This document shows, piece after piece, positions 38,468 to 49,260 of a stretch of 64,000 nucleotides of DNA (the first letter of the stretch is position 1; every line of letters starts with the position of its first letter). A program made the position numbers and the translations under genes. The notes beneath the pieces are model-generated. The model was not told the DNA's origin. It saw only the letters and a program-made list of their open reading frames with translations, and did no database searches. Origin of the DNA: Selenomonadales bacterium OttesenSCG-928-I06 (GTDB lineage: Bacteria; Bacillota; Negativicutes; Sporomusales; Sporomusaceae); assembly GCA_030266395.1 (NCBI GenBank), contig JAJDHX010000001.1, positions 14,647 through 78,646 on the forward strand, read 5' to 3'.

Positions 38468-40174
38468 TTGAAAATGTTAGGTTCAGAAGCAATCATAGAA
38501 TGTTTAAAAAGAGAAGGAGTAGATTTGATATTTGGTTATCCAGGAGGGGCAGTATTGACCCTCTATGATGCTATTCATAAATTACAATTGCCTCATATAT
38601 TAACTCGCCATGAACAAGGAGCAGTTCATGCTGCTGATGGTTATGCCAGAGCAACAGGTAAAACAGGTGTTTGTTTTGCAACATCAGGACCTGGCGGTAC
38701 TAACTTAGTCACAGGCATTGCTAATGCTTATATGGATTCTGTGCCTATAGTTGCTATAACGGGTCAGGTGAGTGTAGATTTAATAGGCAAAGACTCTTTC
38801 CAGGAAGCTGATATCTGCGGTATAACAACGCCTATAACAAAACATAACTATCTGGTTAAAAAACCAGAAGAACTAACAAGAGTTTTAAAAGAAGCTTTTT
38901 ATATAGCCAGCACAGGCAGACCAGGACCTGTTGTAGTTGACGTGTCTAAAGATGTTTTTAATGCTGTAATAGATTTTGAATATCCTGAAGAAATAAGTTT
39001 AAGAGGCTATTCACCTGTATTTGCCGGTGAAGAAGAAAGCATAGATCAGTTAGTGGAAGTAATGAAAAAAGCTAAAAAACCACTTATTTTCGTGGGTGGT
39101 GGTGTAGTTTTATCAGACACTTCTAACGAACTTAGAAAACTAACTGAACTTACTGGTTTTCCTGTTACAACAAGCATCATGGGACTTGGCACAATACCAA
39201 GCGATGATCCAAATTGTCTGGGAATGTTAGGAATGCATGGTACTTATGTTGCAAATATGGGTGCTGTTGATTGCGATTTTCTTCTAGGTATAGGAGTAAG
39301 ATTTGACGACAGAGTAACAGGGCTTGTCAAAAAATTCGCTTCTAATGCCTATATTGCTCATATGGATATAGACAAAGCTGAAGTCAATAAAAATGTACTT
39401 GTTGATCTTAAGGTAGTAGGAGATTTAAAATGGTCTCTGCCGCTTCTTCTTGATAAAATAGAAAAATCCAATCCGGAAAAATACAGAGAAAACGTAAAAG
39501 AGTGGATGACCCAAATTAAAGAATGGCAACAAGAAGTACCGTTACCACAAACATATCCTACTACAGATGAAGGTATTTTACCTGAAAAAATCATAACAGA
39601 AGTTTCCAATATAACTGGCGGTGATGCTACATTAGTTACAGATGTTGGTCAACATCAAATGTGGGCAGCACAGTATTCTAAATTTATAAAACCACGTTCT
39701 TTCTTCACTTCAGGAGGTCTTGGTGCTATGGGTTACGGACTTCCGGCAGCTATGGGAGCTAAATTTGGCATACCACAAGAACAAGTAATTTTGTTTACCG
39801 GTGATGGCAGTATAATGATGAATTGCCAAGAGTTATCTACTATAGCCGATAATGATCTGCCTTTAAAAATAATTGTACTTAATAATGAAGTATTAGGCAT
39901 GGTACATCAATGGCAAAGAATGTTTTATGGCGGACGCTATATTCATTCAACTACCAAAGGAAAAACTGATTTAGTTAAACTGGCAGAAGCTATGGGAGTA
40001 ACCGCATTTAGAATTGAAAAAGAAGAAGAATTGGTAGCCGGACTTAGAAAAGCTCTAATAGAAATCAAAGGTCCTGTCTTAGTAGATATTGTAATCCCTC
40101 AAACAGCTAATGTTTTACCAATGGTTCCTCCTGGCAGCAGGTTAGATCAAATGATTTTAGGAGGTAAAGATTAA
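38468..40174 (+). CDS. ilvB: Acetolactate synthase large (catalytic) subunit
   Basis: ORF track, 568 aa. TTG 7 nt after AAAGGAGGT. ThDP-enzyme motifs (GYPGGAVL, GDGSIMMNCQEL...NN). Confidence 0.93.
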   Translation: MKMLGSEAIIECLKREGVDLIFGYPGGAVLTLYDAIHKLQLPHILTRHEQGAVHAADGYARATGKTGVCFATSGPGGTNLVTGIANAYMDSVPIVAITGQVSVDLIGKDSFQEADICGITTPITKHNYLVKKPEELTRVLKEAFYIASTGRPGPVVVDVSKDVFNAVIDFEYPEEISLRGYSPVFAGEEESIDQLVEVMKKAKKPLIFVGGGVVLSDTSNELRKLTELTGFPVTTSIMGLGTIPSDDPNCLGMLGMHGTYVANMGAVDCDFLLGIGVRFDDRVTGLVKKFASNAYIAHMDIDKAEVNKNVLVDLKVVGDLKWSLPLLLDKIEKSNPEKYRENVKEWMTQIKEWQQEVPLPQTYPTTDEGILPEKIITEVSNITGGDATLVTDVGQHQMWAAQYSKFIKPRSFFTSGGLGAMGYGLPAAMGAKFGIPQEQVILFTGDGSIMMNCQELSTIADNDLPLKIIVLNNEVLGMVHQWQRMFYGGRYIHSTTKGKTDLVKLAEAMGVTAFRIEKEEELVAGLRKALIEIKGPVLVDIVIPQTANVLPMVPPGSRLDQMILGGKD

Positions 40175-40671
40175 TGAATCGTACTTTAGCAGTCTTAACC
40201 GAAAACAAACCTGGGGTATTAACACATATAGCAGGGCTGATCAGTAGAAGATCATTTAATATCGAAAGTATTGCAGCAAGCTATACAGAAGAACCTGATA
40301 TGACCAGAATCACAATAGACGTTACAGTAGAAGATGATGTTCAGTTAGAACAAATAATAAACCAATTATCTAAACTAATTTACGTAATAAAAATAGTCAA
40401 TCTAACTGACGAAGATTCTATTACCAGAGAACTTGCTCTAATTAAAGTAGTTGCAGATAAACACAATCGCTCAGAACTAAGAAATGTTGTTGAAATATTT
40501 AGAGCAAAAATCATTGATGTCAACAGAGAAACAGTAGTTATTGAATTAACAGGTCACGAAAGAAAAATAGATGCTTTCTGTGAAGTCTTAAGAGACTTTG
40601 GCATAATAGAAATTGTGCGTACAGGAAAAATAGCATTATCAAGAGGACCGCTTGCTGCTAAAGACATGTAA
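40174..40671 (+). CDS. ilvN: Acetolactate synthase small (regulatory) subunit
   Basis: ORF track, 165 aa. ACT-domain start LAVLTENKPGVLTHIAGLISRRSFNIESI. TAATG stop/start overlap with ilvB. Confidence 0.92.
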   Translation: MNRTLAVLTENKPGVLTHIAGLISRRSFNIESIAASYTEEPDMTRITIDVTVEDDVQLEQIINQLSKLIYVIKIVNLTDEDSITRELALIKVVADKHNRSELRNVVEIFRAKIIDVNRETVVIELTGHERKIDAFCEVLRDFGIIEIVRTGKIALSRGPLAAKDM

Positions 40672-40704
40672 AATTGTAAATATTCCAAAATGATTGTATA
40701 ATAA

Positions 40705-40743
40705 ACTTGGATATGAAATATTTTACAAATTTCATATCCAAGT
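40705..40743 (+). terminator. Perfect 15-bp hairpin after ilvN
   Basis: ACTTGGATATGAAAT (40705-40719) pairs with ATTTCATATCCAAGT (40729-40743). The downstream tract is A/T-rich rather than a clean U-run. Confidence 0.55.
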
Positions 40744-40780
40744 TAAATTATTAATATTTTTAAGGGAGGCTCACAATACA

Positions 40781-41533
40781 ATGAACAATTTTTCCACTAA
40801 AAAGATCTCGAAAGTTTTATCATTACTTGTAGTTTTTGCATTTCTCTTTTCTCTAGTAGGTATGACAGCTGATATTCAAGCAAAAAACAAAGAAACCACA
40901 AATCCTCCTATGAAACGAGAAATAAAAGATCCGCCTGTATATAATATTGATCAGGCTTCAGAAAGACTTGCCAATATGTTTGAAGTAGATAAATCTACAA
41001 TCCTTAATTATTGTGTTGAAGGCTATAAAGTACGTGAACTTTATATAATCGGCATAATAACAAAAGCCAGTGGCAGATCTTTTAAAGAAGTTATGGCTTT
41101 AAAAACACCTGATAATAATTTCTTTACTATAGCAAAAGAATTAGGTGTCTCTCAAGAAGATGCTATAAGCATCAGCGAAGAGTTATCACTTGAAGAAGTA
41201 GTTGAATATTTGCAAATAGATCGAGCAGTTTTTGATAATTTAGTAGCTGAAAACTATAGATATAGAGATATCGTATTAGCAGGCATTGTTTCAAAACATG
41301 CTAAAAAACCTATCAGTGAAATAGTTCTTCTCAAGAAGATTAATAACACTTGGTTTGAAGTTGCTGCAGATTTTAATATCACAGTAAACGGATTATTATA
41401 TGATGCAGAAAACTTTGATGAGTATATGTCATTATTTTCAAAACATCCTTGGACCAGAATAGGTTTGAGAGCTCCAGGTGAAGAACCAGTCCACAGAGGC
41501 CCATACGATGGCCCAAGAGGCAGAATTAGATAA
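40781..41533 (+). CDS. Secreted hypothetical protein with an internal tandem duplication
   Basis: The ORF track frame 40694-41533 is trimmed to the ATG at 40781, 11 nt after AGGGAGG; the upstream part of that frame is the ilvN hairpin. Signal-peptide-like N-terminus MNNFSTKKISKVLSLLVVFAFLFSLVGMTADIQA. Two repeats of about 70 aa and a Gly/Pro/Arg-rich C-terminus. Confidence 0.65.
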   Translation: MNNFSTKKISKVLSLLVVFAFLFSLVGMTADIQAKNKETTNPPMKREIKDPPVYNIDQASERLANMFEVDKSTILNYCVEGYKVRELYIIGIITKASGRSFKEVMALKTPDNNFFTIAKELGVSQEDAISISEELSLEEVVEYLQIDRAVFDNLVAENYRYRDIVLAGIVSKHAKKPISEIVLLKKINNTWFEVAADFNITVNGLLYDAENFDEYMSLFSKHPWTRIGLRAPGEEPVHRGPYDGPRGRIR

Positions 41534-41540
41534 TTAAAAT

Positions 41541-41575
41541 AAAAAAGACCGGATAAATTCCGGTCTTTTATTATT
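41541..41575. terminator. Bidirectional terminator between the secreted-protein gene and convergent purD
   Basis: AAAAGACCGG (41543-41552) pairs with CCGGTCTTTT (41560-41569), flanked by an A-run upstream and a T-run downstream. Confidence 0.8.
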
Positions 41576-41578
41576 TTA

Positions 41579-42859
41579 TTATCGAATAGCTCTGGATGCG
41601 ATATCTCTTCTAAAATGCATACCATCAAAATTTATTTTACTTACAGCAGAATATCCGTTTTCTACAGCATTTATAATAGTTTTACCTTTGGCAGTAACAC
41701 CTAAAACTCTGCCACCAGAAGTTACAAGCTCAGAATCTTTCATACTTGTTCCTGCCTGAAACACAATGACATTTTCATTTTCTGCTTCTGGAATTCCTGT
41801 GATAACATCACCTTTTCGGAATTCGCCGGGATATCCTTTAGAAGATAAGATTATACAGACATTAGAACCGTTATACCAGGAAATTTCATCTTCCATTTCT
41901 TGAAGTTTATTTTCTCCGCTGGCACATGCTTCCATAATATCAACCAAATCACTTTCTAAAAGAGGTAAAATTGCCTGAGTTTCAGGATCGCCAAACCTGG
42001 CATTAAATTCAATTACTTTAGGTCCGTCTTTAGTAATCATAAGCCCGGCATAAATACAGCCAGAGTATATGCAGCCTTCTTCTCTTAAGGCAGTAATTAT
42101 TGGCTCAAGAATATCAAGAACTATTTTTGCTTTTAAAAACTCAGGAACTACTGGAGCAGGGGCGTAAGCTCCCATTCCGCCTGTATTAGGACCGGTATCA
42201 CCCTCAAAGATTCTCTTATGATCTTGTGCTGGTAGCATAGGAATAACAGTATATCCATCAGTAAAAGCTAAAAGAGAAGCTTCTTCGCCAGTAAGAAATT
42301 CTTCAATAACAACCTTATTGCCTGAATCACCAAAGACTTTATCAACCATGATCTCTTGAATAGCTTTAACAGCTTCATCATGTGTCAAAGCAATGACAAC
42401 ACCTTTACCGGCAGCCAGTCCGTCTGCTTTTATAACAATAGGGGGCTGTTGTTTTTTTATGTAGGAGATAGCCTCTTCAGCATCTGTAAAAACTTCTGAA
42501 CCGGCAGTTGGGATATTGTATTTTATCATTAAGTCTTTAGCAAAAGATTTGGAACTTTCAATCTGAGCAGCATTAGCATTAGGCCCAAAAATCTTTAAAC
42601 CAAGTTCTCTAAAGTGGTCAGTAACGCCAGCTACCAATGGAGTTTCTGGACCTACAATTGTTAAATCAATTTTATTTTCTAAGGCAAAATTACTTAAACC
42701 TACTTTATCAGTTACTGAAATATTATCAATACATTCTGCAAATTGAGCTATGCCTGGGTTGCCAGGAATACAATAAATTTTTTCGGCTTTAGGGCTTTGG
42801 CTTAGTTTCCAGACCATTGCATGTTCGCGTCCTCCGCCACCTATAACTAATATTTTCAA
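41579..42859 (-). CDS. purD: Phosphoribosylamine--glycine ligase
   Basis: ORF track, 426 aa. Typical PurD N-terminus (MKILVIGGGGREHAMVWKL) and ATP-grasp core. Confidence 0.95.
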   Translation of the reverse strand: MKILVIGGGGREHAMVWKLSQSPKAEKIYCIPGNPGIAQFAECIDNISVTDKVGLSNFALENKIDLTIVGPETPLVAGVTDHFRELGLKIFGPNANAAQIESSKSFAKDLMIKYNIPTAGSEVFTDAEEAISYIKKQQPPIVIKADGLAAGKGVVIALTHDEAVKAIQEIMVDKVFGDSGNKVVIEEFLTGEEASLLAFTDGYTVIPMLPAQDHKRIFEGDTGPNTGGMGAYAPAPVVPEFLKAKIVLDILEPIITALREEGCIYSGCIYAGLMITKDGPKVIEFNARFGDPETQAILPLLESDLVDIMEACASGENKLQEMEDEISWYNGSNVCIILSSKGYPGEFRKGDVITGIPEAENENVIVFQAGTSMKDSELVTSGGRVLGVTAKGKTIINAVENGYSAVSKINFDGMHFRRDIASRAIR

Positions 42860-42950
42860 AATTTAACACCCCTTAAAAATTTTATGTTACAATATATAAA
42901 TAATTAGATCACTAAATAATTTACTAAAGTTACAAAGGAGATTTACATTT

Positions 42951-43505
42951 ATGAATAAAGCACTAATTGTTATTGACTATACGTATGATTTTATTGCTTC
43001 TGACGGAGCTTTAACTTGTGGAGAAGCAGGTCAGAAAATAGAAATGAATATTGTAAATCAAATTAAAAAATTTGCTCACGAAGGACAATACATAGTAATT
43101 GCCAATGATATTCATAATGAAAAAGATATATATCATCCAGAAAACAAACTTTTTCCGCCTCACAATTTAAAAGATAGTAAAGGCAGAGAACTATACGGAA
43201 AAGTAAAAAATGAAATAGATTCTCTAGTTTTAAATTCAGCAAATAACATTTATTTTTTAGATAAAACAAGATATTCTGCATTTGCTGCTACAGATTTAAC
43301 ATTAAGACTGCGGGAAAGAAAGATAAATGAAGTTTACTTAGTTGGAGTATGTACTGATATTTGCGTGCTTCATACAGCTATGGATGCCTATAATAATTCA
43401 TTTGATATAGTAATTCCTAAAGACTGTGTAGCAAGTTTTAATCAAATAGGGCACGATTGGGCGCTTGCTCATTTTCAAAATACATTAGCTGCCAAAGTTA
43501 TATAA
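42951..43505 (+). CDS. pncA: Nicotinamidase/pyrazinamidase (isochorismatase-family cysteine hydrolase)
   Basis: ORF track, 184 aa. Colinear with my recollection of B. subtilis PncA (KALIVIDYTYDFIASDGALTCGE, LFPPHN, VGVCTDICVLHTA). Confidence 0.8.
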   Translation: MNKALIVIDYTYDFIASDGALTCGEAGQKIEMNIVNQIKKFAHEGQYIVIANDIHNEKDIYHPENKLFPPHNLKDSKGRELYGKVKNEIDSLVLNSANNIYFLDKTRYSAFAATDLTLRLRERKINEVYLVGVCTDICVLHTAMDAYNNSFDIVIPKDCVASFNQIGHDWALAHFQNTLAAKVI

Positions 43506-43532
43506 ACTAAATATCTATAACTTAATTAATTA

Positions 43533-43575
43533 AATCTTTTCAATATCTAAAAATAGATACTGAAAAGATTTTTTA
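43533..43575. terminator. Bidirectional terminator between pncA and convergent glnS
   Basis: AATCTTTTCA (43533-43542) pairs with TGAAAAGATT (43561-43570), with an inner TATCT/AGATA pairing, then a T-run. Confidence 0.7.
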
Positions 43576-45288
43576 TTATTCAGGTTTCCATGAACTTTTG
43601 AGAGATACTATTCTGTTAAAAACAAGCTTGTCTTTAGAAGAATCAACAGGATCTAAAGCAAAATATGCATTCCTGATAAACTGAAAACGATCTTCTGTAG
43701 ATGCTTCTTGTAAACTTGGTTCAACATAGCATTCTAATACTTCTAAAGAATTAGGATTTAATTTATTTATAAGACCATTATCACCATCTTCAGTTTCTGC
43801 TTCTTCAGACTCAATCAATAAATGTTCATAAAGTCTTGCTTCAGCTTTAACTGCATGATTTTTAGATACCCAGTGCAGCACACCTTTTACTTTTCTGTTT
43901 AAAGGACCTGTACCACTTTTAGAATCAGGGTCATAAGTACATCTAACCTCTATAATCTCACCGGTTTTTTCATCTTTTATTACTTCTTCACATTTAATGA
44001 CATATGCATGTTTAAGACGCACTTCGTTTTCAGGAGAAAGCCTGAAAAATTTCTTAGGTGGGTTTTCATTAAAATCTTCTTGTTCTATATAAATCTCTCT
44101 GGAAAAAGGAATAGTTCTTGTTCCCATATCAGGATTTTCTGGATTATTTTCAGCTATCAAATCTTCAACTTTATCTTTCGGATAATTTTCTATAATCACT
44201 TTAAGAGGGCGAAGCACAGCCATTACTCTAAGAGCTTTCGGACTTAAATCTTCGCGAATACAATGCTCTAATAAAGCAAAATCTACAATACTATTACTTC
44301 TGGCAACCCCAATTCTATCACAAAAATCTCTGACAGCTTCAGGAGTTACACCACGTCTTCTAAGACCAGAAATAGTAGGCATTCTGGGATCATCCCAGCC
44401 GTTTACTTTGCCTTCTTCCACAAACTGACGCAAATAACGCTTACTCATAACTGTGTTAGTTAAATTAAGTCTGGAAAACTCATATTGTCTACTTGGGAAT
44501 ATCTCCAGATTCTCTATAACCCAGTTATATAAAGGTCTATGTGCTTCAAATTCTAAAGTACAAACAGAATATGTTATTTCTTCAAGAGAATCAGAAATAG
44601 GATGAGCAAAATCATACATAGGGTAAATAACCCAATTGTCGCCTGTTCTATGATGATGAGTTTTCATGATTCTATATAAAACAGGATCACGCAAATTAAG
44701 ATTAGGGGAAGCCATATCTATCTTTGCACGCAAAACTTTAGCGCCCTCAGCAAATTTGCCATCTTTCATTTCTTGAAAGAGTTTTAAATTTTCTTCTACA
44801 GAGCGATTTCTATATGGACTTTCTTTTCCAGGTTCTGTTAAAGTCCCTCTATATTCTCTCATTTGTTCAGCAGTCAAATCGCAAACAAATGCTTTGTCTT
44901 TTTCTATTAACCGAACAGCAAAATCATACATTTCGTTAAAATAATCTGAAGCATAAAAAAGTCTGTCATCCCAGCTAAAACCTAGCCATCTGATATCTTC
45001 TTTTATAGAATCTACATATTCAGTATCTTCTTTACTGGGGTTAGTATCATCAAATCTCAAGTTACAAAGTCCATTGTATTTTAAAGCTAAACCAAAATTC
45101 AAGCATATTGATTTAGCATGTCCAATATGTAAATATCCGTTTGGCTCCGGAGGAAATCTTGTATGAACATTAAAATCAGACTTTTTTTCTTTGTCTTCTT
45201 TAATAATAGTTTCAATAAAATTTGATGGTATTGCAGTATTTGTTTCTTTTTCGTCATTTTTACCAGATAAATTAGTTTCTGTGGACAT
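43576..45288 (-). CDS. glnS: Glutamine--tRNA ligase
   Basis: The ORF track frame 43576-45336 is trimmed to the ATG at 45288, 9 nt after TAGGAGGA. HIGH motif in [22 protein letters not shown]-type VMSKR, GlnRS-type N-terminus. Confidence 0.93.
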   Translation of the reverse strand: MSTETNLSGKNDEKETNTAIPSNFIETIIKEDKEKKSDFNVHTRFPPEPNGYLHIGHAKSICLNFGLALKYNGLCNLRFDDTNPSKEDTEYVDSIKEDIRWLGFSWDDRLFYASDYFNEMYDFAVRLIEKDKAFVCDLTAEQMREYRGTLTEPGKESPYRNRSVEENLKLFQEMKDGKFAEGAKVLRAKIDMASPNLNLRDPVLYRIMKTHHHRTGDNWVIYPMYDFAHPISDSLEEITYSVCTLEFEAHRPLYNWVIENLEIFPSRQYEFSRLNLTNTVMSKRYLRQFVEEGKVNGWDDPRMPTISGLRRRGVTPEAVRDFCDRIGVARSNSIVDFALLEHCIREDLSPKALRVMAVLRPLKVIIENYPKDKVEDLIAENNPENPDMGTRTIPFSREIYIEQEDFNENPPKKFFRLSPENEVRLKHAYVIKCEEVIKDEKTGEIIEVRCTYDPDSKSGTGPLNRKVKGVLHWVSKNHAVKAEARLYEHLLIESEEAETEDGDNGLINKLNPNSLEVLECYVEPSLQEASTEDRFQFIRNAYFALDPVDSSKDKLVFNRIVSLKSSWKPE

Positions 45289-45812
45289 TCCAGAAGATCC
45301 TCCTATATATTTAGGCTTGATAATAAATAAATTCATTATATCACAGCATTTAAAAGATTTCTATATTTTAGACAAGCCTTTCTGTATTTATTCTCAATTT
45401 AATAGTATTAACTCAAGATTTATATATCTTAACATCTGAATAACGAATAAAAAAACAAGAAAAAATTAAGATATAATTAATATTTTAAAAATTATTTGTA
45501 AATATTATGAAATAAAAGATTTTAAAGGTAAAATTAACAGGAGTTTGCCAATTTATGGCGAAATAATAAAAAATGGAAATATCGAATGATTGTTCGGGTT
45601 AAAATTCATTCGATTTTAGTGAATTTATCAATTTATGTATAATTTTATTTAAATCAGGTAACAAGTAGAAAATAATAGTTTTTTAACTAAAAAAACTATT
45701 TTAGTGTTATAAATTATAAAATTCAGGTAATAAGATTAAAATTTTAACATAACATTTTATGTAGTCAGCTTTAATTTTAAAAATTTACGTAGTAAAGATA
45801 AGGGCACTAGAG

Positions 45813-47897
45813 GTGATAGTTGTGAATGTTTCTGAAATGACAGATCATGATATTTATTTATTCCACGAGGGAACTGATTATTTATCTTATCAGATGTTAG
45901 GTGCACATTTAACTGAATTAAATGGCATAAGGGGTGTTCGTTTTGCTGTTTGGGCACCAAATGCAAAACAAATATCAGTAGTTGGCGATTTTAATTCCTG
46001 GGATAGTGAATCTAATATGATGAGCTATGTTGAAAATTCTACAGGCTTGTGGAGTATATTCATTCCTAATGTAAAAGAGGGAGATATATATAAATATCTA
46101 ATAGAAACCCATTCTGGAGAAATGTTATACAAATCAGACCCATATGCGTTCTCTTCTGAATTGAGACCGTTATCTGCCTCTAAAGTAGCTAACCTAAATA
46201 AATATGTTTGGAATGATGACGAGTGGAGAACTAAGAAAACTCCGGTTTATGAAAAGCCAATGAATATTTATGAAATTCACTTAGGTTCTTGGAAATTTAA
46301 CGACAAAAGAGAAGCACTTACATATAGAGAACTTGCAGAACAATTACCACAATATGTAAAAGAAATGGGATATACTCATATAGAACTTATGCCGATAGTA
46401 GAATATCCTTTTGACGGTTCCTGGGGTTACCAAGCTACCGGTTATTATTCAGTTACTAGTCGATATGGTTCTTGTGAAGATTTCATGTATTTTATTGATA
46501 AATGCCACCAAGCAGACATCGGTATTATTTTAGACTGGGTTCCGGGACATTTTTGTAAAGATGCTCACGGACTTGCTAAATTTGACGGTTCTCCTCTATA
46601 TGAATATGGCGAGAGCTGGCGAGCAGAAAATTATGAATGGGGAACATTAAATTTTGATTTAGGCAGATGTGAAGTAATTAGCTTCTTGACTTCTAATGCT
46701 CATTTTTGGTTTGACGTATATCATATAGATGGGATTAGAATTGATGCAGTAGCCAATATGCTTTATCTCAATTATGCCAGAGAAGATAACTGGGCAACCA
46801 ATATTCATGGTGGTACTGAAAATCTAGAGGCAATATCTTTTCTCAGAAGACTTAATGAAACTATTTTTAAAACTTTTCCTGAAGCTTTGGTTATTGCAGA
46901 AGATTCAACTGCTTGGCCTTTAGTTACACATCCTACATATCTAGGTGGTTTAGGTTTTAACTTTAAATGGAATATGGGCTGGATGAATGATATGCTTGAA
47001 TACATGGAGCTAGAGCCTATAAACCGCAAATTTCATCATAAACTAATTACGTTTTCCTTTATGTATGCTTTTTCAGAAAATTATGTATTGCCGCTTTCAC
47101 ACGATGAAGTTGTGCATGGCAAAAGATCTTTACTGGATAAAATGCCGGGAGATTATTGGCAAAAATTTGCTAACTTAAGAGCTTTTTATGGCTACATGAT
47201 GGCTCATCCAGGGAAAAAACTGCTATTCATGGGTGGCGAATTTGGACAATTTATTGAATGGAACTATAAAGATAGTTTGGATTGGCATCTTTTAGAATAC
47301 GACATGCATGGTAAACTTCATAACTATGTTAAAGAACTAAATCATTTCTATTTAGATTCCAAACCTTTCTGGTGTTATGATCATGATTGGCAAGGATTTA
47401 ACTGGATTGATTGTCAGGACTATTCTCAAAGTGTAATAGTATTCTTACGTAAAGGAAAAGAGCCAAAAGATTTTATAATTGTAATATGCAACTTTACCCC
47501 GGTTGTTAGAGAAAATTATAGAATAGGCGTGCCTTTTGCCGAATATTATGAAGAAGCTTTTAATAGTGACGATGTAAAATACGGAGGTAGCGGACAAACA
47601 AACGGAGATAAAATAATTGTAGAATCTATACCTTTCCACCATCAAGAAAACTCCGTTTCTCTTGTATTGCCACCATTGGCAACTATTTACCTTAAACCTC
47701 AGTTACCATTAGATGAGTATGATGAAGAATCTTCTTCTGAAGAAGGTATTAAAGTATACAAACTTAAAAAAGGTGTTAAAGACACTGACGCATTAGACGA
47801 AGAAGAAAGTAGAGACATTGACTCTGCAAAAACAGAAGAAGTTGCTAAGAAATTCAAAAATATAAAAATGAATTTAGCTCTTCATGATTTACTTTAA
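45813..47897 (+). CDS. glgB: 1,4-alpha-glucan branching enzyme
   Basis: ORF track, 694 aa. GH13 regions (DWVPGHF, GIRIDAV, AEDS, SHDE). The start is uncertain: the GTG at 45822 or the ATG at 45837 is better placed relative to GAGGTG at 45808-45813. Has an acidic C-terminal extension. Confidence 0.9.
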   Translation: MIVVNVSEMTDHDIYLFHEGTDYLSYQMLGAHLTELNGIRGVRFAVWAPNAKQISVVGDFNSWDSESNMMSYVENSTGLWSIFIPNVKEGDIYKYLIETHSGEMLYKSDPYAFSSELRPLSASKVANLNKYVWNDDEWRTKKTPVYEKPMNIYEIHLGSWKFNDKREALTYRELAEQLPQYVKEMGYTHIELMPIVEYPFDGSWGYQATGYYSVTSRYGSCEDFMYFIDKCHQADIGIILDWVPGHFCKDAHGLAKFDGSPLYEYGESWRAENYEWGTLNFDLGRCEVISFLTSNAHFWFDVYHIDGIRIDAVANMLYLNYAREDNWATNIHGGTENLEAISFLRRLNETIFKTFPEALVIAEDSTAWPLVTHPTYLGGLGFNFKWNMGWMNDMLEYMELEPINRKFHHKLITFSFMYAFSENYVLPLSHDEVVHGKRSLLDKMPGDYWQKFANLRAFYGYMMAHPGKKLLFMGGEFGQFIEWNYKDSLDWHLLEYDMHGKLHNYVKELNHFYLDSKPFWCYDHDWQGFNWIDCQDYSQSVIVFLRKGKEPKDFIIVICNFTPVVRENYRIGVPFAEYYEEAFNSDDVKYGGSGQTNGDKIIVESIPFHHQENSVSLVLPPLATIYLKPQLPLDEYDEESSSEEGIKVYKLKKGVKDTDALDEEESRDIDSAKTEEVAKKFKNIKMNLALHDLL

Positions 47898-48029
47898 TTT
47901 AGATAACAGAAAATAACTTTAAGATTAGATAGGATTAATCCGTCTAATCTTTAAGTGCTTAAAAAGAAGTATTATTTTATAAGACATATAAAAATATCAT
48001 TGTGTTTATTTTTGGGAGAGTGAAAAATT

Positions 48030-49223
48030 ATGAGAATAAAAGATTGTGTTGCGATGATATTGGCCGGAGGACAAGGCACAAGGTTAGCATCACTTACTAA
48101 AAAATTAGCAAAACCAGCTGTTCCTTTTGGTGGAAAATATAGAATAATAGATTTTCCTCTCAGTAACTGTCGCAATTCTGATATTGATACCATTGGAGTG
48201 TTAACACAATACCAACCACTTGCACTTCATTCATATATAGGCATAGGAAGTGCCTGGGACTTAGACAGAAGACATGCAGGCGGTGTTTATGTTTTGCCAC
48301 CATATTCTCAAGAAAAAGGTGCTGAATGGTATAAAGGTACAGCAGATGCGATTTATCAAAACTTAAACTTTATTAGCTTGTTTGAACCAGAACATGTGCT
48401 GGTTTTATCAGGAGACCATATCTATAAAATGGATTATGCAAAAATGATACAATACCATACTTCCAAAAATGCAGATGCTACAATTGCCGTTATTGAAGTT
48501 CCCTGGGATGAAGCAAGTCGTTTTGGCATAATGAACACTGGGAAAAATGATGTAATAAAAGAATTTGATGAAAAACCTAAAAATCCTAAAAACAATTTAG
48601 CGTCAATGGGTATATATGTATTTAACTGGCGCATATTGAAAAAATACCTTGAAGAAGATGCAAAAGCAGATTCCAGCCACGATTTTGGCAAAGATATAAT
48701 CCCTAAAATGCTAAATGATGGCTTAAAATTATATGCTCATAGATTTGAAGGATATTGGAAAGATGTAGGAACTGTAGAAAGTTATTGGCAGGCTAGTATG
48801 GATTTAGTTGGTGATGTACCAGAATTCGATATATATGATCCTTCCTGGAGAATATATTCTGTTAATCCTACTCAACCGCCACAATATATAGCAGAAACTG
48901 CAAAAGTAAAATGTTCAATAGTAAGTGAAGGTTGTAGAATTTTTGGTGAAGTTGAAAATTCTGTAATCTTTCCGGGAGTATACATAGGTCCAGGTGCAGT
49001 TATTAAAGATTCAATAGTTATGCCTTATGTTGCCATAGGTAGTGATAGTGTAATTCAAAAAAGTATTATCGGCAGAAAAACTGTAATTGAAAATGGTTCT
49101 AGAATTGGCGGCACAGAAAGTCAAAACGTCGGAACAAATACATGGTTTTCTGGAATTACTCTTATCGGTGATAATTTAATTATAAACAGCAGTACTAAAA
49201 TCAGAAGAAATGTGCTGTTATAA
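48030..49223 (+). CDS. glgC: Glucose-1-phosphate adenylyltransferase, catalytic subunit
   Basis: ORF track, 397 aa. [14 protein letters not shown] and [15 protein letters not shown] motifs. Confidence 0.93.
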   Translation: MRIKDCVAMILAGGQGTRLASLTKKLAKPAVPFGGKYRIIDFPLSNCRNSDIDTIGVLTQYQPLALHSYIGIGSAWDLDRRHAGGVYVLPPYSQEKGAEWYKGTADAIYQNLNFISLFEPEHVLVLSGDHIYKMDYAKMIQYHTSKNADATIAVIEVPWDEASRFGIMNTGKNDVIKEFDEKPKNPKNNLASMGIYVFNWRILKKYLEEDAKADSSHDFGKDIIPKMLNDGLKLYAHRFEGYWKDVGTVESYWQASMDLVGDVPEFDIYDPSWRIYSVNPTQPPQYIAETAKVKCSIVSEGCRIFGEVENSVIFPGVYIGPGAVIKDSIVMPYVAIGSDSVIQKSIIGRKTVIENGSRIGGTESQNVGTNTWFSGITLIGDNLIINSSTKIRRNVLL

Positions 49224-49260
49224 AACTACTTATAGTAAAGCCTAATTATATAAAAGAGGT

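Noticed and set aside
41254-41628. 124-aa minus-strand ORF spanning the 3' end of the secreted-protein gene, the bidirectional terminator and the purD 3' end
   Set aside because: It crosses a strong terminator hairpin and overlaps two better-supported genes, so it is spurious.
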